Shown here: in pieces, positions 1 to 16,609 of the stretch
Numbering within the stretch: position 1 is the first letter of the stretch
Layout of the letters: every line of letters begins with the position of its first letter
Notes under the pieces: generated by a model
The model's input: the letters and a program-made list of their open reading frames with translations, nothing else
The model's database searches: none
Told to the model about the DNA's origin: nothing
Translations under genes and position numbers: made by a program
NCBI RefSeq assembly: GCF_009914755.1
Contig: NC_060925.1
Direction: 5' to 3' (one strand)
DNA from: the human T2T-CHM13v2.0 reference genome, Homo sapiens
Length of the DNA stretch: 64,000 nt

Positions 1-243
1 TTTCTTTGACTAGGAGAGGGAACTCCCTGACCCCTTGCACTTCCCGAGTGAGGCAATGCCTCACCCTGCTTCGGCTGGTGCATGGTGGGCTGCACCCACT
101 GTCCTGCACCCACTGTCTGGCACTCCCTAGTGAGATGAACTCGGTACCTCAGATGGAAATGCAGAAGTCACCCATCTTCTGCATCGCTCATGCTGGGAGC
201 TGTAGACAGGAGCTGTTCCTATTCGGCCATCTTGGCTCCATCC

Positions 244-246
<3 letters not shown>
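1..246 (-). mobile_element. L1PA (about PA3/PA4) 5' UTR start; element continues left of the window
   Basis: Reverse complement reads GGGGGATGGAGCCAAGATGGCCGAATAGGAACAGCTCC..., the canonical primate L1 5' end with the YY1 site (AAGATGGCC). Confidence 0.95.
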
Positions 247-277
<31 letters not shown>

Positions 278-380
278 CAGAAATGAGGTCTCACTGTCTC
301 CAACTCCTGAACTCAAGAAATCCTCCCCACTTGGCCTCTCAAAATGCTGACATTACAGGTGTAAGCCACCATGCCCAGCC
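247..380 (-). mobile_element. FLAM/Alu left monomer with 31-nt A tail, abutting the L1 5' end
   Basis: Poly(T) 247-277, then ...CTCCTGAACTCAAG...CATTACAGGTGTAAGCCACCATGCCCAGCC (Alu monomer, reverse strand). Confidence 0.85.
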
Positions 381-667
381 TCAAATATGTTTTTAAGTGA
401 ATAATGCATAGCAGAGGTGACATGACAATAAGGAAAGTCCTCAAAAATCAGAAAGACATAAAACACCTACCCAGAGAGGTGTGAGTTCTGAGCAGCCAGT
501 TGCCCTGAGGACACCTGCTCATCACTGGCAAACTGAAGTTACCTTTTTCAATCAGCATTTTCCTGGAGAAAAGGGAAAAAAAAAGGGCCCTTGGCTTATA
601 AAAAGTAAGAAGTTAATCTAAGGCCCCTGCATAAATCGGAGACCCTTAAACACTCAGTGAAAGACTA

Positions 668-721
668 GGCATGGTGGATAATGCCTGTAATCCCAACACT
701 TTGGGAGGCTGAGTCAGGTGG
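668..721 (+). mobile_element. Alu 5' fragment
   Basis: GGCATGGTGG...GCCTGTAATCCCAACACTTTGGGAGGCTGAG, then similarity ends. Confidence 0.8.
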
Positions 722-1084
722 TTTAAGAATAAAAAACTTACCAACCTTAGATTTTGACAAATTAAGATCACATGTTATAATTTTAAAGGTAACCACTCAA
801 ATAATAGAAATAGAATGTGTAACATCTAAACTAGTAGAGGATAAAAATGCAAAGATTTTAAAAACCCAATCCAAAAGAAAATAAAAAAGAAGATAAAAGG
901 AAAAACAGAATATCAGAGAGAACAGAAAGCACAAAACAAGTGGTAAATTTGGAATGAAATATATTTGTAATAACATTAAGCATAAATAAACTAAATTGTT
1001 TAGTTAAAAGAGAAATATAAACACAGACTAGATGAAGAAACAAAATCTAACTAAATATAAGGACACTGAAAGATGGAAGGAAAA

Positions 1085-1366
<282 letters not shown>

Positions 1367-1370
<4 letters not shown>

Positions 1371-1402
1371 AAGAAAGAAAGAAAAGGAAGGGAAGGGAAG
1401 GG

Positions 1403-1473
<71 letters not shown>

Positions 1474-1480
1474 AGAAAGA
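1367..1480 (+). repeat. (GAAA)n/(GGAAG)n microsatellite derived from the Alu tail
   Basis: Long GAAA run directly after the Alu 3' end. Confidence 0.95.
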
Positions 1481-1536
1481 AGGAAAATGGTGAAAAAGAT
1501 ACACTTTGCTAATACCAAGCATAGTAAAGCTGGTAG

Positions 1537-3083
1537 ATTTCTGCTTCCAACCAAGATGGAGTAACAGGGACTGGATTTACCCTCATGCCAGAAACAACCA
1601 AAAAACCAACAAACTATATGAGAAAAAAAAAAGCCAGAACCCTGCACATCAGGTAACAAAGTACAATGATCCCTGAGAGATAGAAAACAAATAAGATGAA
1701 ACTTACACCTGCCCAAGCTTACTGCACTGAGAGAGATGCCAGGGCATGGCACAGGGAGAGGACACCGAGACAGAACCCAAAGGACTTCAGGTGAGAAGAT
1801 AAAGCTGAGAGTCCAGATAGATCAAAACATATCTAGCAGTCTAGAGTGCCAGAGAAGAGAGAACTGCACAGAGAAAGAACTCCAGAAATCTGCAGGTGTC
1901 CCTCTAGCATTCAAGATTATTGATCATCATAATGCATGTGAGGACACAACACAAAGCCAGGAGAAGAATCACCCGAAAGGACCAGAAGTGACAGTGTGCA
2001 GCAATCACATACAGCTAAGAATAATGACTCTTCCAACTGCCAGACTGGAAAGCCTCAAGACTCACAGGGTATTGAGCATATTGCACAGAAAGGTCCTGCC
2101 TTAATAATGGGGACTAACTAGCCCCACACTGAGCACCACTCTGTTCCCACTTGAAAAATCATACAAGCAAAGTCCTGAAAGGATCAGTTTCCAAGTGATT
2201 TAAATGCATCTTAGAACAAAGCTCAAGAATACTGGAAATAATTCAAAAATAACCAGCATCAAATAAGGTAAAGTGTACAATGTATGGCATCCAATTAAAA
2301 ATTACCAGTCATACAAAGAATCAGGAAAATATGACCCATACTGAGGAGAAAAATTGTTAAGCCAAAGCTGATCCAAAACTGATACAGATGTTAGAATTAG
2401 CAAACAAGAATGTTAAAATAGCTATTGTTACTGGTTTCATATGTTCAAAAAGTTAAGTGAAGACATAAAAGGCATTAATAGATTCCAATTGAACTTCTAG
2501 AGATGAAAACTGCAACATATGAGATGAAAATATACTGGATGAGTTTAACAGCAGATTAGCATAAAATAAGAAAAAAACAGTGAACTTGAAGACATAACAA
2601 TAGAAACTATCAAAAAAGAAAAGCAGTATGCAAAAAAGTCGAAGACAGGCTGGGTGCAGTGGCTGATGTCTGTAATCCTGGCAATTTGGGAGGCCGAGGT
2701 GGGTGGATCACTTGAGGTCAGGAGTTCGAGACCAGCCTGGCCAACATGGTGAAACCCTGTCTCTACTAAAAATACAAAAATTAGCCAGGAGCGGTGGCAG
2801 GCACCTGTAATCCCAGCTACCCAGGAGGCTGAGGCAGGAGAATCACTTGAACCCAGGAAACAGAGGTTGCAGTGAGCTGAGTTCACACCATCTCACTCCA
2901 GCCAGGGCAACAGATACACTGCCTCAAAAGAAAAAAAAAATCCAAGAGAATTTTAAAATATATTGATTGTGGTGATGATTTCATGGGTGTATACATAATA
3001 TCAAAATCTATCAAATTATATACTTTAAATATGTACAGTTTATTGCATGCCAGTTATACCTCAAGAAATCTGTTTTTAGAAAA
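1537..3083 (+). mobile_element. Old L1M (MC/MD-type) element with 5' end, partial ORF1 and 3' end; internal ~5 kb absent
   Basis: 5' motif CTTCCAACCAAGATGGAGTAACAGGGAC; ORF1 coiled-coil remnant ~2380-2640; 3' end GATTGTGGTGATG...TTATACCTCAAGAAATCTG at ~2963-3083. Confidence 0.65.
2648..2940 (+). mobile_element. AluS (Sx/Sz-like)
   Basis: Dimeric Alu with A tail; degenerate TSD AAAAAAGTCGAAGACA / AAAAAAATCCAAGAGA. Confidence 0.9.
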
Positions 3084-4459
3084 AGTTGTGCAGCTATATT
3101 AATATCCATCAATAAATTTTAATATATAAAGTAAAATGAAAATTAAAGAGGCACACTTAATAATGATCATTTCAATTTACCAGAAACATGTAACACTAAG
3201 TTTCTGTGTATATAATAACACGACCTCAAAATACAGAAAGCAAATTTTGACAGAACTACAGAAGACAAATCACTATGGAAAATCTTAATATTTCTCTTTC
3301 CATAATTGATAGAACAAATAAATCCAGTGAAGCTATAAAATATTTTAATAATTTGATTAACAAACTTGACTTAACAGTCATATGTAGAACACTGTATTCT
3401 ACAACTATATAATAAAGATTCTTTTCAAGCACACATGGAAGAATTATAAAAATATAAGAACATGTACTTGGCTGTTAATCAGGTTTCAACAATTTCAAAG
3501 GATGGAAATCACATAGATTGTGTTTTCTGATTACAATGTAATTAAGCTAAATGTAACTAACAAACATTAAAAATATTTACCATATTTAGAAATTAAGCAT
3601 TATACTTCTAAATAGCCTGAAGATTAAAAAATTATAATGAAAACTTAGAAAATATTATAGTCTTCATGATAGTAAAAATGCCGTATATCAAAATTTATAA
3701 GATGTAGCTAAGCAATATTTATAAAAAGTTTAGAAAACAAGAAAGGCTGAAAATTATGAACTAAATATCTACCATGAGAAGTTTTATAAAAGCCTTTTAT
3801 AAAAGCATTAACCCAAAGAATGGAAAAGAAAAATAATAATAAAAGTAAGAGCAGGAATCAATAAAATAGAATACAAACATAAAATAGAATAGTCAAAGCC
3901 AAAAGCTGCTTATTTGAGAAAAAAACAAATTAATAAACCTCTAAACAAGAAAAGAGAGAGAGAGAAAGAAGGCACAAATAAATGTTAAAAGTGAAAATGG
4001 AGACTTTATTGCAAATCTTAAACATATTAGAAAGGTATTATAAATAATCTCATTCCAGTAAATTTGGAAATTTATATATAATGGATAAATTTCTAGAACA
4101 ATAAAATTTACCAAACTGAACTTGAAAAGAAATAGAATATACAAATAGTCCTATAACCATTAAGTAAACTGAATTTGTAGTCCTCAATCTTCCCAAAGAA
4201 AACTCCAGTTTCAAATAATTTCACTGGTAAATTCCATAAAATATTCAAGGAAGAAAAAATTTTATCTTTTTTTACACATATATTTTTTAGAGAATAAAAA
4301 GAGAGGACATAGTCCCCAACACATTGTATGAGGTACTTTGATATTCATACCAAAACCCAAAAAGGCAAATATTATTTTAAAAAATCATAGGCCAATCTTA
4401 GTATGAACATAGATGCAAAACTCCTAAACAAATATTGGTAAACTGTATTCAACAATACA

Positions 4460-5479
4460 TGGGCAAGTCTTGCTTTGCACAGTTCAGAAATGCAGACATT
4501 TCAGTTACTACAGTTTAAATAATACCAGTCCTCAAATATAGTAATTGCTAATAGTTACATAAATACAAAATTCACTGTAGATCTTCAGTCCACAAATCAC
4601 TATGTAAATAACAGATTGCAATATGATTGGTGACTCATCCTATAACTGCCTTCAAAACTGTTGGTGATTGGTCACTGCACGTTTGTTATTCAGGTCACAC
4701 ACAGACAGCAAAGCATGTAGTTGTGTTGCCTTTTTGTCTCTCAGTGATAAGCTCATGTGACATAAAAATGGATAGTTTTAAAAGGGAATAGGCCAACAAA
4801 GATGAAAGGGCAGCAATGAAATGAAAAGTGATAATACTGAAAGTGAAATTCAAAGAGAATGCAACTAAAGTTGTAAAAGAAATAGATGGTCATGGGAATG
4901 ATGACACTGCCTCCTTCAAGAAACTATACATAGACAATCAGAGAAACTTAGCAAAGACAAACTTACTGACGTAAACAAGGAAGGTGGTTGTGACGAAAAG
5001 GATGAAGAGTTCCCAGAGAAAGTGACACTAGTGACAAATTTCACATTAAAAAAGCTCTCAGAGATATTTCACAAAATGGAAAGCATAAGAAACAAAATGT
5101 TGGAAGTTAGCCCAAACCTAGAAAGTTGTATGACAATTCTCCAAGGCATATAAAAGATGCTTGCTTCAAAAATTATATAACCATAAGACAGCAAGCACTA
5201 TTCAAACTACTCTTTGATGAGCTTTTTTGCAAAGAAATAAAACACTTTAATGCTCAATGTTTCAGTGTTTTATAGTGTACTCAATAAGCATCACTTTTAC
5301 TATTTTTTCATTTCTCTATATGTTTATAACAAACAGATAGTTTTTAGTGTTTTGAAAAAATTTTTAAAGATCATGGAAAAATTGTAATTTTTTCTATGGA
5401 TTAAGATTGCTTTGCATGGTTTCAGCTTGCATAATCACTTTTACCATTGTGTACCACCACACAAAGTGAGAACTGTTTG
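4460..5479. mobile_element. Tigger6-like TcMar DNA transposon (non-autonomous)
   Basis: Degenerate terminal inverted repeats GGGCAAGTCTTGCTTTGCACAG ... CCACACAAAGTGAGAACTGTTTG followed by TA; about 1 kb; interrupts L1 RT sequence. Confidence 0.75.
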
Positions 5480-5840
5480 TATACATATATAATTGTAACA
5501 GTCATGACCAAGTTATATGTGTTTCAGGAATGCAAGACTAATTTAACATTAGAAAACCCATCGTTAATTCACTATAGTAACAAAATAATTTTAAAAATGG
5601 GATCATCATAGAGATTTCAGAAAAGGCTTTGAAAAATTGTAACTCCAATTTAAGATAAAAACTCATAGCTAACTAAGAATAGAAAGGAATTTCCATAATT
5701 TGATAAAGAATAAAAAAAACTAAACAAATAGTAAGCACAAAATCCATAGTAAAAATAAATCCAAATGTATAATTCATCAAACTAAATGTAAATGGAATAA
5801 ACAAAAATTATGAGAACCAGTGTTTTTAAAAATGCCCTTT

Positions 5841-6246
5841 AAGACAAACTTCACCTGTTCTCATTTACTTGTGGGAGCTAAAAATTAAAATAATTGAATT
5901 AATGGTGATAGAAAGTAGAATGATGGTTACCAAAGGCTGGGAAGAGTAGTGCAGAGGTGAGGTAGGGAGTGGGGATGGTTAATGGGTAAAAAAAAATAGA
6001 ACTAATGAATAAGGCCTAATATTTGAAAGCACAATAGAATGACTATAGTCAATAATAATGTAATTGTACATTTAAAAATAACTAAAAGAGTATAATTGGA
6101 TTGTTTCTAACACAAAAGCTACATGCTTGAGGTAATGGATAACCCATTTACCCTGATGTGATCATTATACATTGTATGCTTGTGTCAAAATACCCCATAT
6201 ACCCTATAAATATATACACCTACTACATACCACAAAAATTTTAAAA
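5841..6246 (+). mobile_element. L1MA (about MA2/MA3) 3' end, 5'-truncated
   Basis: GTGGGAGCTAAAAATT...GTAGAATGATGGTTACC...CCCATTTACCCTGATGTGATC...ATAAATATATACACCTAC, typical L1MA 3' UTR. Confidence 0.85.
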
Positions 6247-6450
6247 GTTGTTAAATGCAGTCATATTACTTTGAATAAACAAATAACTAGAACATAAGAA
6301 CATAGAATAATGGGGCAAAGAAAGTTACTATATAATAATAAAAGGTCTCATTCACCAGGAATGTGTAACAAATCTAACCTCATACACACTTAAAACATAA
6401 CTCAAAATAAGTAAAACAAACATCAAAAGAACTCTTAAGAAGAAATGTTC

Positions 6451-6605
6451 TACTCTTGTGCCTTCTCCATGTTGGGAGCTCCGGGCGACATCCTCACAGC
6501 CTCTGCTTCCCTGTGATCTGCAGGTCCTTGGGGACACATAGCTAAGATACCAGGACATCCTGGAAGCTAGGAAATGACATACAAGAAGCCTAGTTGAGAA
6601 CATCT
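6451..6605 (+). other. 5'-transduced non-L1 leader: KRAB-ZNF (ZNF91-subfamily-like) exon 1 (6451-6576) plus a 29-nt linker
   Basis: Lies inside the L1 TSDs; CTGTGATCTGCAGGT...AGCTAAGATACCAGGACATCCTGGAAGCTAGGAAATG resembles ZNF91-family first exons that end at the ATG. Confidence 0.75.
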
Positions 6606-7600
6606 GGGAGGAGGTTCCAAGATGGCCAAATAGGAACAGCTCCAGTCTGCAGCTCCCAGCATGAGTGATGCAGAAGACAGGTGATTTCTGCATTTCCAAC
6701 TGAGGTACTGGGTTCATCTCACTGGGGCTTGTCAGACAGTGGGTGCAGCCCACGGAGCAGGGTGGGGCATCGCCTCACCCAGGAAGTGCAAGGGGTCGGG
6801 AAATTCCCTTTTCTAGCAAAGGGAAGCAGTGACATACGGTACCTGGAAAATCGGGACACTCCCACCCTAATACTGCCCTTTTCCAATGGCCTTAACAAAT
6901 GACACACCAAGAGATTATATCCTGCGCCTGACTCGGAGGGTCCCACGCCCATGGAGCTTCACTCACTGCTAGCACAGCAATCTGAGATTGAACTGCAAAG
7001 TGACAGAGAGGCTGGGGGATTGGCGTCCGCCATTGCAGAGGCTCGAGTAGGTAAACAAAATGGCTGGGAAGCTTGAACTGGGTGGACCCACCACCGCTCA
7101 AGGAGGCCTGTCTCTGTAGACTCCACCTCTGGGGACAGGGCATAGCTGAACAAAAGGCAGCAGAAACTTCTGCAGACTTAAACGTCCTGTATGACAGCTT
7201 TGAAGAGAGTAGTGGTTCTCCCAGCATGGAGTTTGAGATCTGAGAACAGACAGACTGCCTCTCAAGTGGGTCCCTGACTGCCAAGTAGCCTAACTGGGAG
7301 ACACCTCCCAGTAGGGGCAGACTGACACCTCATACAGCTGGGTGCCCCTCTGAGACAAAGCTTCCAAATGAAGAATCAGGCAGCAACATTTGCCATTCTG
7401 CAATATTTGCTGTTCTGCAGCCTCTGCTGCTGACACCCAGGCAAACAGGGTCTGGAGTGGACCTCCAGCAAACTCCAACAGACCTGCAGCTGAGGGTCCT
7501 GACTGTTAGAAGGAAACTAACAGACAGAAAGGACATTCACACCAAAACCCCGTCTGTACGTCACCATCATCAAAGACCAAAGGTAGATAAAACCATAAAG

Positions 7601-8623
7601 ATGGGGAGAAACCAGAGCAGAAAAGCTGAAAATTCTAAAAATCAGAGCACCTCTTCTCCTCCAAAGGAACACAACTCCTCACCAGCAATGGAACAAAGCT
7701 GGACGGAGAATGACTTTGATGACTTCAGAGAAGAAGGCTTCAGACGATCGGTAATAATAAACTTCTCCGAGCTAAAGGATGATGTTCGAACCCATCGCAA
7801 GGAAGCTAAAAACCTTGAAAAAAGATTAGATGAATGGGTAACTAGAATAATGTAGAGAAGACCTTAAATGACCTGATGGAGCTGAAAACCATGGCACAAG
7901 AACTATGTGACACATGCACAAGCTTCAGTAGCTGATTTGAACAAGTGGAAGAGAGGGTATCAGTGATTGAAGATCAAATGAATGAAATGAAGCAAGAAGA
8001 GAAATTTAGAGAAAAAAAGAGTAAAAAGAAATGAACAAAGCCTCCAAGAAAGAAGGGATTATAAGAAAAGACCAAATCAACGTCTGATTGGTGTACCTGA
8101 AAGTGACAGGAAGAATGGAACCAAGTTGGAAAACACTCTTCAGGATTTTATCCAGGAGAACTTCCACAACCTAGCAAGGCAGGCCAACATTCAAATTCAG
8201 GAATTACAGAGAATGCCACAAAGATACTCCTTGAGAAGAGCAACTCCAAGACACATAATTGTCAGAGTCACCAAAGTTGAAATGAAGGAAAAAATGTTAA
8301 GGGCAGCCAGAGAGGAAGGTCGGGTTACCCACAAAGGGAAGCCCATCAGACTAACAGTGGATCTGTCAGCAGAAACTCTACAAGCCAGAAGAGAGTGGGG
8401 GCCAATATTTAACATTCTAAAAGAAAAGAATTTTCAAACCAGAATGTCATATCCAGCCAAACTAAGCTTCATAAGTGAAGGAGAAATAAAATCCTTTACA
8501 GACAAACAAATGCTGAGAGATTTTGTCACCCCCAGGCCTGCCTTACAACAGCTCCTGAAGGAAGCACTAAACATGGAAAGGAACAACCGGTACTAGCCAC
8601 TGCAAAAACATGCCAAATTGTAA
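7601..8623 (+). pseudogene. Disrupted L1 ORF1p
   Basis: MGRNQSRKAENSK start; broken into the 7457-7855 and 8126-8596 ORF pieces by stops and frameshifts. Confidence 0.9.
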
Positions 8624-8686
8624 AGACCATCAATGCTAGGAAGAAACTGCATCAACTAATGAGCAAAATAAACAGCTAACATTATA

Positions 8687-12530
<3,844 letters not shown>

Positions 12531-13059
12531 ACAATGAGAACACTTGGACACAAGGTGGGGAACATCACACACTGGGGCCTGTTGTGGGGTGAGGGGAGGG
12601 GAGAGGGATAGCATTAAGAAATATACCTAATGTAAATGACGAGTTAACGGGTGCAGCACACCAACATGGCACATGTATACATATGTAACAAACCTGCACG
12701 TTGTGCACATGTACCCTAGAACTTAAAGTATTATAATAATAATAAAGAAGAAGAAATGTTCACTACCATAATGAAAGATTTTAACACCTGTTTTTCAATA
12801 ATTAATAAACAGCCAAAAAATCAGCAAGCAACATAACTTACAAGCTTAATCTAATAAATAGCTACAGAATATTGACTCAACATTGGACTGTATACATTCT
12901 TTTAACATATTCATGAAACACTGATAGAAATGTATCATGTACATGACCATAAAGCAAGCCTCAAAACTGTCAGAAAATTGGTACGTACACAGTATTCTCT
13001 AAGTACAATACAATTAAGTTATAAATCAATGCAAAGAGATAAGTTTTTAAATCTCCAAA

Positions 13060-13615
13060 TAAATTTTCAAACCTAAATATGATCAAGCCTCTCTACCTGT
13101 CTACCAATTCCCCAGAAATACAGGAACAAAGAAATATGTCAAATTACACCATGAGGATGCAATGATCAAAGCTCAGGCTGTGCTAAACTCTGTAGGACAA
13201 ACAACTCAGCTTCTTAAACATACAAATGTATAAAATTTGGAGGCGAGGAAAGGGGAAATGGAACTCTTTGAACTCTTTTCTCTCTTTCTCTCTATAGATA
13301 TATATATAGAGAGAGACATTTCAGCTAGTAGCAATGTATGGATTCCATTTGGATCCTGATCCATACAAACTGTTGAAAGGGTGAGAAGACATTAAGAGAA
13401 AGTTAAATATTCAAATGTTTACTGAATATTGATGATATTGAGGAATTATTATGGGAATTGCTTCAAAATAAAGGGCAGGGTCTAGAGAGGGGCATATAAG
13501 TGAAACAAGATTGTCTGTGAATTGATCATTGCTGACTGGCTGATAAACATGGAAGTTCATTAAATTATTCGATTTTGTGTATTTTAAATTTTCAATAATA
13601 AATGATTAAAATAAA
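13060..13615 (+). mobile_element. Ancient L1MC/L1ME 3' region fragment
   Basis: CTAAATATGATCAAGCCTCT, GCAATGTATGGATTCCATTTGGATCCTGAT, AAATTTTCAATAATAAA motifs. Confidence 0.6.
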
Positions 13616-13669
13616 CTAATGAATTTAGAATGGGAATGAACATTACAGGCCAATCTCCCTCATGGCAAT

Positions 13670-14157
13670 GTGTGCCAGTTATTTACCCTGTTACCCATCC
13701 TTGGCAGCTCAGACCTACCCTTTAGTACTGTGTTCTCTGCTGCCAAGGCTGGAAACTGCAAAATACATTCCTCAGCTTCCATTGCCAGTGGCCTTTATTT
13801 TAGATCCTGCTAATGGGAATTTAAAGTCACTGTTGGAAGATCAGAAGTGGACAAAGAGGGAAGTTTTCTGCTTTTGGCTCCAACAGTGTGGCAGTTGCTG
13901 GTTGTTGTTGTAGTAACAGTCAAGATAGAGATTCTGAACTCCAGAAGCTTGGCCTAAAGCAACATCTTGTCTGTGGTTCCAACCCAGGTCAACATTTGAT
14001 GGGTCCAGAACTGACTGAGATAGTTCCTCCAACAGCACAATGGCAGATGCTGTTAATAGGCTCCAATCCAGGGCATTAGCAGCTTCTAATCTTTAGGTGT
14101 TACCCTTTCCTCCTGACTCCTCCAGCACATTTCCTTCTTTTTGCTTCTGCAGCCCTT

Positions 14158-14202
<45 letters not shown>

Positions 14203-14285
14203 ATAGCCAATTCCCTTTATTAAGCTCCCTTTCTTCAAAATACCTAGAGTGGTTTCTGTATTCCTGAGTAAAGCCTGACTGATAT
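13670..14285 (+). mobile_element. ERVL LTR (LTR33-like), 5' LTR of a degenerate provirus
   Basis: Starts TGTGCCAG; ends AAAATACCTAGAGTGGTTTCTG...CCTGACTGATA; followed by a PBS. Confidence 0.75.
14159..14201 (+). repeat. Pure A43 homopolymer inside the LTR
   Basis: Direct count of 43 consecutive A. Confidence 0.95.
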
Positions 14286-14286
14286 C

Positions 14287-15420
14287 AGTACTTGGTGTCA
14301 GGAGTGCTTGCAGAAAGAGAACCTCATAAATGGAATCCTGGGGTTGGGTTGCTGACCTGTTGAGTAAGAGTGCAGTGATCATCTCATTACATGTGGGAAA
14401 TGAGATATTGTAAATTTGTGCCTTGTGGTGCCATTACAATTTCTCAAATCATCACTTGTGAATGTTTGGAATGTAGTGCCTATTAAAGACCAGGCTTTGG
14501 AAGGCCAAGTGGCTAGGGTACTTGACTGTCACGACAGTGACAGTGACTGTAAAGACTGAGATAGACTAGCTATTTCTGATGAAACTGGAGAGCTTACACA
14601 AAGAAAATGACAGATTCAAAGACTTAAACTTTCAGAATAAGGCACGGTCAGAGAACTAGAGAGTACGTTGAAGCACTAAAATTATCCCTTAATTCTTGTA
14701 GCCATAAAGCAGATATGGCTGAAAATAAGATTCCAAATGTGATTGTACATGTTGCAGAATTACATTATAAGTTTAATTTATAGCTTCATCAATTCTCCTA
14801 TGTGAAAATTAGGACATGGGAGGATTAGGAACCTGCAACTTTGAATGCAGATATTTTGTAGACTAGAAGGAATCTAAGAAATGAAATCCCCCAAATCCCC
14901 CAAGCTTCCCTTACCAACAGGAATAGTTACTTCTTCTTCTTCCAGGGAAACTAGCCAACCTTTGCTAGTTGTCTTTCAAAGGATTCCTGTAATCCTCAAG
15001 CTCATGCCAATATACACCTATTGCTTCCAGATTCATAACTATAACCAGATCCCAGGAAAGTCTCATGCAAGAGGACATAGGCTATACACACCAAAAGAAT
15101 TGAGTGTTTCTGCTCATTTTTATTATTAGAAACCCAGAAAATATGTGTTTATGTTTAGGAGTAGATTCCAAGGAGGATAGAAATAACCTTGCATAAGGCA
15201 GAATTGATCAATATAGGGAATATATTAATCAATATATGGGAATCTGTATTTAATGCATTGGCTTTAGTAGTCAACAGTTTGCTTGATTGACTAAAATTTG
15301 GACTCAACACTGGTCTATGATAAGTGAAATTGAGATGCCAAAATTCTCTGGCATAAAACAGAGAGATGGAATTAAGTTGGAACTCCGGGGGCAGCAGCAT
15401 TCAGTAGTATTCCCTTTACA
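14287..15420 (+). mobile_element. ERVL internal (gag-region) remnant
   Basis: Follows the LTR and PBS; degenerate ERVL gag-like sequence (CAGAAACCCAGAAAATATGTG, GCAGAATTGATCAATATAGGG). Confidence 0.65.
14293..14306 (+). other. Retroviral primer-binding site complementary to the tRNA-Leu 3' end
   Basis: TGGTGTCAGGAGTG is the reverse complement of ...CACUCCUGACACCA, immediately after the LTR, as expected for ERV-L. Confidence 0.8.
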
Positions 15421-16609
15421 AGGATATCCATTTCACCACTTTTATTCGGCTTAACACTCAAAGTCCTGGCCAGAGCAATTAGGCAAGAGAAAGAAATAAA
15501 GAGCATCCAAATTGGAAAGAAAGTAGTCAAATTATTCTTGTTCACATATGACACAATCTTATACCTAGATAAACCTAAAGACTCCACCAAAAAACTGTTA
15601 GAACTGATAAAATAAATTCAGTAAAGTTGCAGGATATAAAGTCATCATAAATAAATCAGTAGCATTTATATATACCAATTTATATATACCAATAGTGAAC
15701 AATTTGAAAAAGATATCAAAAAAATCACATTTGCAATAGCTACAAAAAAAAAAATCTAGAAATCAATCTAACCAAAGAAGTGAAAGATCTACAGAAGGAA
15801 AACTATAAAACTCTGATGAAAGAAACTGAAGAGGAGACAAAAAAATCAAAATATTTTCCATGTTCAGGGATTAGAAGAATTAATATTGCTAAAATGACAA
15901 ATATTACAATTTACAAATTATAAAGCAATTTGTAAAGCAATTTACAAATTTGATGCAATCTCTATCAAAATACCAATGACATTCTTTGCAGAAACAGAAA
16001 AAACACTCTAAAATTTATATGGGACCACAAAATACCTTGAATAGCCAAAGCAATCCTGAGCAAAAAGAAGAAAGCTGGAGGCATCACACTACCTGACTCC
16101 AAAATTTATGACAAAGCTACAGTAATCAAAACATCATATAATGGTACTGGCCTGAAAACAGACACAGAGACCAATGGAACAGAATAGAGAACACAGATAT
16201 AAATCCATGCACCTACAACCTACCCATCTTCAACAGAAGTGCCAAGAACATACAATGAGAAAAGGACAGTCTTTTCAAAAAATGGTGTCAGAAAAACTGG
16301 ATATCCATATGCAGAAGAATAAAACTAGAACCCTATCTCTCACCACACACAAAAATCAAATCAAAGTGAATTAAAGGAGGAGGAGCCAAGATGGCCGAAT
16401 AGGAACAGCTCCGGTATACAGCTCCCAGTGTGAGCGACGCAGAAGACGGGTGATTTCTGCATTTCCATCTGAGGTACCGGATTCATTTCACTAGGGAGTG
16501 CCAGACAGTGGGTGCAAGTCAGTGAGTGTGCGCATCGTGCGTGAGCCAAAGAAGGGCGAGGCATTGCCTCACTTGGGAAGCGCAAGGGTCAGGGAGTTCC
16601 CTTTCCGAG

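Noticed and set aside
2648-2960. Alu-Alu recombination as the cause of the missing L1 body
   Set aside because: The Alu retains a degenerate TSD on both sides, indicating a simple insertion.
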